Source: Fidelibacterota bacterium UBA2986
GTDB lineage: Bacteria > Fidelibacterota > Marinisomatia > Marinisomatales > AB-629-J13
Direction of reading: 5' to 3'
DNA: 64,000 bases
Assembly (NCBI GenBank): GCA_002346675.1
Contig: DEAI01000011.1
Location: 194,710-258,709, forward strand
The notes under the pieces were generated by a model. It did no database searches, was not told where the DNA came from, and worked only from the letters and a program-made list of their open reading frames with translations. Positions 46,454 to 55,602 of this stretch are shown here, piece after piece. The translations under genes and the position numbers were made by a program. Position 1 is the first letter of the stretch. Each line of letters opens with the position of its first letter.

Positions 46454-47791
46454 CTAATATCCGGGGTTTTGTACCAATTGATTTCCATCTATTTCGAACT
46501 CTCTGGCAGGGATAGGATATATTTTTCTAAAAGATTCAATCTCTAAAATCTCCTCAGCTTTATTAATTCTAACTAATGTGTGGAGGCGTTTTCCTTCTGC
46601 AAAAAGCTCCCATTTGTTTTCATTTATATATTTATCCAAAAAATTATTTGAATCAGCATGTGGATTAAGACCAGCCCTGGTCCTTACAGCGTTTAAATTT
46701 TCAAGAGCATCATTAGAATTGCCCAAAAAGTGATTTGCCTCAGCTCTGTAAAAGTATAACTCAGCAATCCGTATTATGTATGCCGGATTGGCGTGACTTG
46801 AAAAGTCTTCTGCCTTCAAAAAACGTTCATATGGTTTTCCTTCTACATTTCCAATGAGTTCTCTCCGCTGATCACCTTCAGAGAAGGATGCAATTAAGCT
46901 TTCTTCAGGGAGGACCTCATCACGTAGAACTGTCCAAAGAGCTAAATTACTTATATCAAGAGAGCTAGAAACAAGCTCAAAAATAGATTCGTTTGTTAAT
47001 TCACTTTGAAAGATATCTAAAAATGAAGGATTAAGAGAATAGTTGGCATTGTCAATGACAAGAGTAGAGTAATTGATTGCAGACTCATAACCTTTCATAT
47101 GAAGGTATGTTTTTGCTAAAAGACTTTGAGCAAGAGCTTTGGTAGCCACAGCTCTGTTATCACTATTAGGCAAGCCCGCTTCAGCAGTTTCTAAATCATT
47201 CAAAATAAAATCGTAGGTTTCTTGCACAGTGCTTCTTGAAATCATTTCTACATTTGCATAATCGCTGTTGGTCGATCGTGTTACTAGAGGCAATCCATAT
47301 TCAGAGTCTAGGTTCCAATGTTCTCCAAAATGGACTAACAGGTCTAAATATCCTAGACCCCTGAGACATTTAGCTTCCGCAATAACAGCAACCCTTTCGT
47401 CTTCTGTAAACCCAATGTCATCAACCCCAGGAACGCCGCTAACAATTTCGTTAGCTCCATTTATAACCCTGTAAGCACCGAGCCAAATTTTTTCCACAAG
47501 TAAATTTGTGGGCGGGATAATCCCCTCACCTGCCTCTTGATATTCAATATTAAAACCTGCATAGGTAGAAACATCAGTATAATTATCTGAAGCATACTGA
47601 ATAGACGCCCCATAATAATCATCGGACTGTAGCTGATGATACAAACCAACAATAGCAGACCGAACAGATGACTCTGAATCAAATGCTTGTTTAGGGACAA
47701 TGGCATCTTGTGGGTCATGATCTAAAACACTGCATGCAGAAACAAAAAGAAAAGAAAATGTTAGAATTAATTTTGTGTTAAATATTTTCAT
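46454..47791 (-). CDS. SusD/RagB-family nutrient-binding outer-membrane lipoprotein
   Basis: 445 aa. Lipobox FVSACS, TPR-like body, and a C-terminal NENKWELFAEGKRLHTLVR motif. Immediately downstream of susC. Confidence 0.85.
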   Translation of the reverse strand: MKIFNTKLILTFSFLFVSACSVLDHDPQDAIVPKQAFDSESSVRSAIVGLYHQLQSDDYYGASIQYASDNYTDVSTYAGFNIEYQEAGEGIIPPTNLLVEKIWLGAYRVINGANEIVSGVPGVDDIGFTEDERVAVIAEAKCLRGLGYLDLLVHFGEHWNLDSEYGLPLVTRSTNSDYANVEMISRSTVQETYDFILNDLETAEAGLPNSDNRAVATKALAQSLLAKTYLHMKGYESAINYSTLVIDNANYSLNPSFLDIFQSELTNESIFELVSSSLDISNLALWTVLRDEVLPEESLIASFSEGDQRRELIGNVEGKPYERFLKAEDFSSHANPAYIIRIAELYFYRAEANHFLGNSNDALENLNAVRTRAGLNPHADSNNFLDKYINENKWELFAEGKRLHTLVRINKAEEILEIESFRKIYPIPAREFEIDGNQLVQNPGY

Positions 47792-47801
47792 TATAGCCGC
47801 C

Positions 47802-50800
47802 CTATATTCCTACGTTTATACCAAAGTAAACAGTTTTTGGTTGTCCCAACCCACCGTAATCTTCACCTATTCGGGTAATATTTTCTCCATTTGAGCTTAC
47901 CTCTGGGTCTACGCCGAGGTAAGCTGTTTTTGTCCAGAGGTTTTGACCTAAAATATATATCCTCAATGAAGATAGCCCATATTGCTCCGCAAAGTAAGAT
48001 GGGACAGTATAGCCAAACTCAAAAGTTTTCAATCTTATATATGAGGCATCCTCTAGCCATTGATCACAGTCCTCCATCCAGTTAGGCTGTAAAGCACTAA
48101 TTGCATTTCCTTCTTCGTCAAATTCATATCCTAGGCTTGCCCGAGGAACATCGGTTACATCTCCCGGGTTTTGCCACCGTTCGTTTTCAACTCTTTCGGT
48201 GTTGTTACCATAAGGAATAAAAAACCCTCCATAATTAAAGCTCCAGCCAACCTGCTCCTGTGCATACCTTGAGTGATTAAAAATGTAGTTACCTTGTGAA
48301 TACTGAAAGAAAACATTTAGATCAAATCCTTTCCACGAGAGCGAGTTTCCAAATCCACCGAAATAGTCAGGCCAAGGGGTTTTGTCTTCAATGAGCTGCA
48401 TGTCGCCTGAATTAATTACACCATCGCCATTGACATCTGTATAGTTTGAATTTCCTGTTTGGGGATTTACACCTTCCCAGTGTATAAGATAAAATGTTCC
48501 CAAGGGATAGCCTTCTTTCATAATATTTGTTCCACCAACAGCGCGCTCATTATCCTGTTCCAACTTAGTTATTTCATTTTTAATTGTTGAAATATTAAAT
48601 GTAGTGGTCCAGGTAAAATCATCAGTATCAATATTGAAAGATCTAATTGAAAACTCTGTTCCGCTGTTTTTAACCTCTCCAATATTTCTAGTTACAGTGG
48701 TGAAACCGGTATAGCCGGGGACGTTGGAATCTAGAAGCAAACCGGTAGTAAGTTTTTGATATGTATCAAAAGTCACAGAAAAACGATTATCCATAAAACT
48801 GGCATCTACCCCAAAATTATTTTGTGTAGTGGTCTCCCACTCAAGCTCAGCATTTCCCATTCGATTAGGGCTTATTCCAGCAGAGCCGTTATACGCAGCT
48901 GCCACCGTCCAAAGGGCCCTTGAAGCAAAATTATTTATTCCATCCTGGTTCCCTGTTTTTCCATAACTATATCTCAGCTTCATATCTGAAAGAAAATTAA
49001 AATCAGACATAAAAGGCTCCTTTGTTATTCTCCAGGCCGCCGAAAAAGATGGGAATACACCATACTTTCTGTCTGCCCCAAACCGTGAGGAGCCATCCCG
49101 CCTAATTGAGCCTGTAAAGTAATATTTGTAATCCAAATTATAATTTATACGGGAGACCAAAGATTCAATTCCCCAAGATGTTCCCATGGTAGACGCGTCA
49201 ACTATATCTGCTGCAAGCTCTAGAGCGCCTAAATTATCATTGCTATAATTTTGTGCCGCGATACTGGCAACATTGTTAGATGCTGTTTGTGTTGTGTAAA
49301 CCAACAATAAATTAAGATGATGCTTTTGATGAAAGCTGATTTCATAGGTAAGCATATTTTCAGTGAGCCATGTGAGATTTTCTGAATTTGCAAATAAGCC
49401 TTTTCCGGTTACTCCTGACTGCCAAGATTCCGCTGCAGTTGACGGATAGTGCATTACATCTTTTAGGTAAGAATAATCTAATGAATAAGAGTTTTTAAAT
49501 TTAAGTTTATCGATAATATTATATTCCGCAAAAACGGAACCAAGAAATCGATTTGTAGAAGTGTTCCTTTTATAGAGATCAGCTGCCGCTGCTGGATTTT
49601 CTAGAGCCCACCATGAATAGTAGTGGAAGGGATTAGAATAGGAACCATCCTCATCAAACACAGGCATAGTGGGATCAGCTGCTAAAGTGTTTATCATAAC
49701 TCCAAAATATGAGTTATCACCTATTGTAGATAACGCATCGCTTTTACTGATATACACATTAGTTCCTATATTCGTTTTGTCGTTTATTTTAGCATCTATA
49801 TTTGTTCTGAAGCTCAATCGATTATAGTTTGTTCCCTTTTGTATTCCTGCCTGATCAAACAGAGAACCATTTATAAAATATTTTAGTTTATCGCTACCGC
49901 CACGAACACTGAGAGATGTGTTTTCAATGGGAGCATCTTTTCTGAGAACTTCTCCATACCAGTCTGTATTAACGAGGTTTGGATCAGCGGGGTCGCCAAT
50001 CCGATTCCAGTCTGGACCGCTTGAAGAAAAATAATCTGCAGGAAGACCATCGTTTTGCGCAGCCTCATTCATCATTTCTATAAATTGTTTACTGTTCATC
50101 ATTGGAACTATATACGCTGGAGACTGTGTCCCTGTATAACGGTCAAAGACAATAGAGGTTTTTCCGGATTTAGAGCCCCGTTTGGTGGTAATCTGAACGA
50201 CTCCATTGGCGCCACGAGCGCCATAGATAGCTGACGCTGACGCATCCTTTAAAATATCGATAGACTCAATATCGTCCGGATTGATATCTGACATAGAGTT
50301 AAAGTTGTATCCCCCCGTTTCTAGTATAGAGTTATTGTCTGATGTCATAGGTATTCCATCAACCACGTACAGCGGTTCACTACTTGCAGTAATGGACGTT
50401 GCTCCACGGATTAAAATTTTAACTGCAGCTCCTGGCTGTCCGGAGGAACTCGCCACGCTTACCCCAGACGCTCTTCCCTGAAGAGCTAAATCAAGATTCG
50501 CTACTGGCTGGTTAATTACATCCTTACCTTTTACAGATGTTATTGCCGTTGAAAGGTCACCTCTTTTTTGAGTACCGTAACCAACAATTACAACAGACTG
50601 AAAGCCAATCACATCGTCCTCTAAAACAAAATCCCTACTAAGTACTCCCATAGATGGAAGGGCAACAGATATGGATTGGTTTTTATATCCAATATACGTT
50701 GCCGTTAGTGTAATGTTTTCACTAGTTGGGAACCCCCTTGGAAGGTCAATATTATAGTATCCACTAACATCACAAGCACCACCAAGCATTGTGTTTTTAA

Positions 50801-50927
50801 TAGAAACGTTTGCACCTATTAGTGGTTCTTGATTGTTATTTTTAACGTACCCAGAAATAGATGTTTGTCCAAATATATTAAAAGTGAACAATAAAAAAAA
50901 TGGGATTAGCTTACAGGTGGTTTTCAT
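47802..50927 (-). CDS. SusC/RagA-family TonB-dependent outer-membrane transporter
   Basis: 1041 aa. N-terminal carboxypeptidase-regulatory-like domain (ISGYVKNNNQEPLIGANVSI), hallmark VVIVGYGTQKRGDLSTAITSV, plug, barrel, and a terminal aromatic-rich strand. Confidence 0.92.
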   Translation of the reverse strand: MKTTCKLIPFFLLFTFNIFGQTSISGYVKNNNQEPLIGANVSIKNTMLGGACDVSGYYNIDLPRGFPTSENITLTATYIGYKNQSISVALPSMGVLSRDFVLEDDVIGFQSVVIVGYGTQKRGDLSTAITSVKGKDVINQPVANLDLALQGRASGVSVASSSGQPGAAVKILIRGATSITASSEPLYVVDGIPMTSDNNSILETGGYNFNSMSDINPDDIESIDILKDASASAIYGARGANGVVQITTKRGSKSGKTSIVFDRYTGTQSPAYIVPMMNSKQFIEMMNEAAQNDGLPADYFSSSGPDWNRIGDPADPNLVNTDWYGEVLRKDAPIENTSLSVRGGSDKLKYFINGSLFDQAGIQKGTNYNRLSFRTNIDAKINDKTNIGTNVYISKSDALSTIGDNSYFGVMINTLAADPTMPVFDEDGSYSNPFHYYSWWALENPAAAADLYKRNTSTNRFLGSVFAEYNIIDKLKFKNSYSLDYSYLKDVMHYPSTAAESWQSGVTGKGLFANSENLTWLTENMLTYEISFHQKHHLNLLLVYTTQTASNNVASIAAQNYSNDNLGALELAADIVDASTMGTSWGIESLVSRINYNLDYKYYFTGSIRRDGSSRFGADRKYGVFPSFSAAWRITKEPFMSDFNFLSDMKLRYSYGKTGNQDGINNFASRALWTVAAAYNGSAGISPNRMGNAELEWETTTQNNFGVDASFMDNRFSVTFDTYQKLTTGLLLDSNVPGYTGFTTVTRNIGEVKNSGTEFSIRSFNIDTDDFTWTTTFNISTIKNEITKLEQDNERAVGGTNIMKEGYPLGTFYLIHWEGVNPQTGNSNYTDVNGDGVINSGDMQLIEDKTPWPDYFGGFGNSLSWKGFDLNVFFQYSQGNYIFNHSRYAQEQVGWSFNYGGFFIPYGNNTERVENERWQNPGDVTDVPRASLGYEFDEEGNAISALQPNWMEDCDQWLEDASYIRLKTFEFGYTVPSYFAEQYGLSSLRIYILGQNLWTKTAYLGVDPEVSSNGENITRIGEDYGGLGQPKTVYFGINVGI

Positions 50928-51068
50928 CAGATATAGCCTCCTACTAATTAGTTATCTTCCATAGGTCAACAGTAAACTTAGTTTAAGTTACGGTTGAATA
51001 AAAAATAAAAACTGAACGAGTTAATTATTTAGAACGACAATATTTCAGGAAAGAGAAACTAAAAACAA

Positions 51069-53489
51069 TTAACTTAATTTGTATAAATCAATCAGTTTTT
51101 TAAACCTTGTTTCATTTCGAAACTGATCGAGCTTAGGATCCACCTTTAAATATATATACGGATTTTGGTCCAATATCCCATTGTTAATTGCATTATACCC
51201 CTTATCTGTATTTCCTAAATATAAATGAATAATGCCTTTTAAGCTTTCTATGCCATCTGCACCACCAAACTTTGTTAATTCATTTATTACCGAAAGAGCC
51301 TCTTCTCTTTTTTCCTGTTGAGCATATATCAAGCCCTGACTGTATAATGCTAAAGCTTCATGGAATGCAGATAGACCTAAAAACCCTTTTTTGGATTCAC
51401 TAAGTATATCTAATGCGGAGCTGTAGTCTTTTTTTTCAAAAAATATCCAGCCCTCTACCAGATTTGCCAGAGGTGCAAAGGGGGTTAATCCATATATTTT
51501 TTCAACTGTTTCTAATGCTCTATCATAATTTTTATCAAAATAATAGCCAAAAGATAGGTGTTCCAAGGCCATAGAAGAGGAGGGGTTTAAACTAACATAT
51601 TTTTTGTATGCCTTAATTCCTTCTTTTGTTTTTCCTTGAGCTGTTAATATTTCAGCGAGCTCTGACCAGGAGCGGCCGTCATCTGGCTTTATTTCTGTTA
51701 CCTTTAGAGCGGTTTGTTCTGACTTTTCCCACAAACCCTGTGTTTTATAAACCTTACTTAGAACAAGATATCCCTGTAAAAACTTTGGATGGACCTCTAA
51801 AATATTTTTAAGCGTTTTGCTTGCATCATTCTTTTTGTTTAGAGCTATTTGTGCCTGAGCTAGATTTATTGCAATAATTCCTGAAAGTGGATCCAGACCT
51901 TGTGCTGCCTTACCATATGATAAAGCTTTTTCATAGTCTTTTACAACCATTCTTAAAAAATCAGAATACCAGTGGTGCGCTGTTGCATAATTTGGATTTA
52001 ATTCAATTGCTTTTAGATAATAAGATTCTGTTTTAATAGGATCTTCTTTTTTCATGAGACTTACATATGCGTTTGCAGAATGAACCTCTGCAGACTCTGG
52101 GTTTAGCTCCATGGCTTTTGATGCATTAAACTCAGCGAGAGGAATGTTTTCATCGAAGCTAGCGTATCCATAATCAGCTAATAGTAAATAGGTATTTGCG
52201 AGTCCTACATAGGCTAACTCATAATTTTGATCCTCGCGTATAGTGTTTTTGAAGAAAGTTAGAGCTTTTCTCATTCCCTCTTCATCCCTTCGGTCTTGGA
52301 AGTGAACGCCCTGTAAATACATATTGTATGCCTCAACGGATGTTTTTGTCTTTTTTAGTTCTTTATTTCCAGTGTGTCCAATGTAATCCATCTTAAGGGT
52401 GTTGACTATAGTTTGTGCAATCTCATCTTGCACAGCAAAAATATCTTCTAAATTTCTATCATATGTTTCAGACCAAAGATGAGCATCATCTTTTGATCTA
52501 ATAAGCTGAGCAGTGATACGCACCTTGTTTGCGGCCTTACGTACGCTTCCCTCTAAAACATGAGACACATTTAACTGTTTACCTATTTCAGCAAGACTGA
52601 TGTCCTTTTTATCTTTGTATGTAAAAACTGAGGTTCGGGAAATAACCCGTAGGTTTTTTATTTTAGCAAGATAATTCAATATTTCTTCGGTGATTCCATC
52701 GCTAAAATATTCATTATCCCTATCTGCACTCATATTGACAAAAGGAAGACAGGCAATGGAAACCTTATTTGAATCATCTTCCGAGGCCTTTTCAGAACCG
52801 CCTGCCATGAATATAGCTACTACAGCAATGATAGCAACCCCTGCAATAGCACCAGAAATTAATAGTAGAGGATTTTTTTTATCCTTTATTGAAGGCTGAG
52901 TTTGGCTATTAGTTTTTTCGGATGTAACAGCAGGTGTAGTTGATGGATCCAATTTAGCTGAAACTTTGGATAGGTCAGTTTCAGGAAGTCCATGGGAAAC
53001 AATACAATGTAGCTTTACATCCTGTCTTACCCCTTTCAATTTTGGTTCACCAATTAATTTGGTTTGATAAACAGGATCCCTCAATAAAGATGCGTTAATT
53101 GGGTTTGTTACAACTATTCCGCCGGGGCTTGCAAAGGGTTCAATTCTTGAAGCTACATTAACATCATCACCAATCACATCATTACCCTGAATAACAACCT
53201 CTCCCTGATGTATTCCAATCCGAAGGTCTAGGTTAGCAACATTCTTTACAGTATGCTGCATTTCTATAGAACAGTCCACCGCATCTTTTGTGGTGTCAAA
53301 GGTTAGCAACAAACCATCACCCAACTCTTTCAACCAATGTCCATTATGTCGCTCAACAATGGGCTTTAAGGTGGTTCGCTGGGTTTCCAAAAGCTGTACA
53401 GCTAAAGGCTCATTCTCAGCAGATAATTTGGTAAAGCCAACGATGTCTGTGAATACAATTGTGGCCAGTTTTCGAACGGGCCCAGCCAT
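51069..53489 (-). CDS. Membrane-anchored class III adenylate/guanylate cyclase with an extracytoplasmic TolB-N-like domain and TPR repeats
   Basis: 806 aa. Cyclase motifs ATIVFTDIVGFT, GDGLLLTF, RIGIHQGEVV and GDDVNVASRIE. One TM (LLLISGAIAGVAIIAVVAIFMAG). Then SIACLPFVNMSADRDNEYFSDGITEEI and a long TPR region. Confidence 0.85.
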   Translation of the reverse strand: MAGPVRKLATIVFTDIVGFTKLSAENEPLAVQLLETQRTTLKPIVERHNGHWLKELGDGLLLTFDTTKDAVDCSIEMQHTVKNVANLDLRIGIHQGEVVIQGNDVIGDDVNVASRIEPFASPGGIVVTNPINASLLRDPVYQTKLIGEPKLKGVRQDVKLHCIVSHGLPETDLSKVSAKLDPSTTPAVTSEKTNSQTQPSIKDKKNPLLLISGAIAGVAIIAVVAIFMAGGSEKASEDDSNKVSIACLPFVNMSADRDNEYFSDGITEEILNYLAKIKNLRVISRTSVFTYKDKKDISLAEIGKQLNVSHVLEGSVRKAANKVRITAQLIRSKDDAHLWSETYDRNLEDIFAVQDEIAQTIVNTLKMDYIGHTGNKELKKTKTSVEAYNMYLQGVHFQDRRDEEGMRKALTFFKNTIREDQNYELAYVGLANTYLLLADYGYASFDENIPLAEFNASKAMELNPESAEVHSANAYVSLMKKEDPIKTESYYLKAIELNPNYATAHHWYSDFLRMVVKDYEKALSYGKAAQGLDPLSGIIAINLAQAQIALNKKNDASKTLKNILEVHPKFLQGYLVLSKVYKTQGLWEKSEQTALKVTEIKPDDGRSWSELAEILTAQGKTKEGIKAYKKYVSLNPSSSMALEHLSFGYYFDKNYDRALETVEKIYGLTPFAPLANLVEGWIFFEKKDYSSALDILSESKKGFLGLSAFHEALALYSQGLIYAQQEKREEALSVINELTKFGGADGIESLKGIIHLYLGNTDKGYNAINNGILDQNPYIYLKVDPKLDQFRNETRFKKLIDLYKLS

Positions 53490-53569
53490 CAGATAGATAA
53501 AGAATTATATTTTTTTACGGTTGTTTTTATGACAGTTTTCATAAATATGATTTAACTTGTAAATAACAT

Positions 53570-54829
53570 TTATTTTTCAATACTAAACTTAGGAAATAAT
53601 CCAGGGTCTTTTACAAAAAGAATCAACACCATAAATCCAACAAAAAGACTTCCTCCAATGGCAATAAGGGCGATAAAAAACAGCTTTAATTCAGTTAATA
53701 TACCCACCAATACAATGAATAAAATAACAAAAGGTGCTAAAACAGAATCTATAAGGGCAATATACAATTTATTATCCCGATCTCCTGCAAAATCGTAGAC
53801 CAAATTCATGGCTGAGGGCATAAAAGCTCCGTTTGCAATTCCAACACAAAGAAAAACTCCATAGACCCAGATCATGTTTTGTGAGAAGATTGCCATCACA
53901 ACAGCCAGAATATGGGCAACATAAGAGATCGCCAACCCTGACTTGTGGCCGTAAAGCTGCCCAACTTTTCCTGCGAAGTAGCTTGCAACTCCGGATGCTA
54001 TGACAGTTATAATGGTAAAGTTTCCAGCTTCGCCGAGTTTAAATCCAAATTTATTTTGACAGTAAATAGGATATAAGCTTACTGCAGGGAAAAACGCACA
54101 ATAGAAGATTCTTGATAGAATATATTTTTGAAGGTTTTTGTGCCCCCTGACAACAGTTTTTGTAAGTTTTAAAAACTCCGCAAGGGATAATTTTTTTCTT
54201 TTGGGCCTATTTTCATTTACACGATAACCAAAGTATATAACCGTAGCAATTACCGTAGAGCCAAAGAAAACAAAAAAACCAACGCCAAAATTTCTTGGAA
54301 AGGCAAGGTTGCTCTCTAAAATATATTTTAACAATATACCACCCAAAAAACTCCCAATACTTCCAAACGCAAAAGAAAACCCAAAAAAGGTTCCTCGTAC
54401 CTTTCGAAGGGTAACTGCATTTAAAAAATCTGCCCAGATGGGAACGACAATACCAAGCCCCAAACTATAGATAGCAAAAAGAAATAAATAGAAAATCCAT
54501 GCAGACTGACCAGATAGAGAAAAAAAAGTAAAGACAAACCCCATAATAAAAAGTGGAACACATATTAGGGAGTGAACAAGCAGAACAGCAAACTTTAAAT
54601 TGCGGATATTTCTTCCTAAAACAGCAGTGGTCAGTTGAGGAACTGCCATCAAAAAAGTGAAAAGACCGCCAACAGAAACAGCAATACCATTTGGAGCTCC
54701 TAGCTCACGGAGAAACAGGGGAATCACCGCATAAACGGTATGAAAGGCCAATCCGAACCCCCAAAAAAATTCATGAACGAGGTTTAGTCTTAAGTTATGA
54801 TTATGATCTTGAAGAGTGAATTGAGACAC
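53570..54829 (-). CDS. MFS transporter
   Basis: 419 aa with about 12 TMs and a central basic loop (NENRPKRKKLS). Confidence 0.78.
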   Translation of the reverse strand: MSQFTLQDHNHNLRLNLVHEFFWGFGLAFHTVYAVIPLFLRELGAPNGIAVSVGGLFTFLMAVPQLTTAVLGRNIRNLKFAVLLVHSLICVPLFIMGFVFTFFSLSGQSAWIFYLFLFAIYSLGLGIVVPIWADFLNAVTLRKVRGTFFGFSFAFGSIGSFLGGILLKYILESNLAFPRNFGVGFFVFFGSTVIATVIYFGYRVNENRPKRKKLSLAEFLKLTKTVVRGHKNLQKYILSRIFYCAFFPAVSLYPIYCQNKFGFKLGEAGNFTIITVIASGVASYFAGKVGQLYGHKSGLAISYVAHILAVVMAIFSQNMIWVYGVFLCVGIANGAFMPSAMNLVYDFAGDRDNKLYIALIDSVLAPFVILFIVLVGILTELKLFFIALIAIGGSLFVGFMVLILFVKDPGLFPKFSIEK

Positions 54830-54907
54830 ACTTAAGTCAACTTAGAATATCACACAAATTATAAGAGGGTATCAAATAAACGTTATACTGCTTTTTATAA
54901 AGGCAGT

Positions 54908-55465
54908 TTACGCCAAACCACCATGCCCCGAAAACTCTGAAGGGCTGATACCAAAAGAAAGCGCTGCCTGATTCCACATAAGTTCATCCGGTGTGTTGAA
55001 TATGAAATCACCTGTTGTATCCTGAATTAACCAGTCGCCGTTTTCAATTTCACTTTCTAACTGTCCACCTGTCCATCCTGCATGCCCTATGGCTAGTTTG
55101 TAATTTGAAGCAGGAATATCTTTATCTAAGCTTTCTATAATTTCTTTATGAGCTGTTAAAGCAAAATCATCAGAAACGCTAATGGTTCCATTTAGTGAAA
55201 TTTCCGGAGTGTGTAAAACAATTCCTCTTTCAATCATAACGGGACCTCCAAAATAAACGGAAGGATTTTTTTTTAAAATACGTTTACCATCAGGGTAGAC
55301 CTCAGAAAACAACTTTCTAAGATCTGGGTCGGAAATCGGTCGGTTTACGACCAACCCCATGGCACCCTCTTTAGAGTGGTCGCACATTAGAACAACGGAT
55401 TTCCCAAAATAAGGATCAGTCATGTGCGGCATGGCAATGAGAATTCGATTTTTAAGAGAATTCAT
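54908..55465 (-). CDS. YqgE/AlgH-family protein (UPF0301)
   Basis: 185 aa. ILIAMPHMTDPYFGKSVVLMCDHSKEGAMGLVVNRP is the family signature. Confidence 0.85.
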   Translation of the reverse strand: MNSLKNRILIAMPHMTDPYFGKSVVLMCDHSKEGAMGLVVNRPISDPDLRKLFSEVYPDGKRILKKNPSVYFGGPVMIERGIVLHTPEISLNGTISVSDDFALTAHKEIIESLDKDIPASNYKLAIGHAGWTGGQLESEIENGDWLIQDTTGDFIFNTPDELMWNQAALSFGISPSEFSGHGGLA

Positions 55466-55602
55466 TATTAATAATAATTACTGAAAGTTTAGAATCAAAA
55501 CTACACCATGTAAACATTATATATAAAATAAAATCGGTTTTGTTACAAATTTGTTTATGTAAGTAAATTGATAGTTGTCCTGATTTAGCTATGTAGTATT
55601 GA

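Noticed and set aside
55543-55562. Inverted repeat TTACA-N10-TGTAA upstream of uvrA, considered as a possible SOS/LexA-type operator.
   Set aside because: The region is very AT-rich, so short palindromes are expected by chance. I found no similar motif upstream of ssb (39295..39386) or ruvB (58435..58532). No lexA gene is present in the window to support an SOS regulon.
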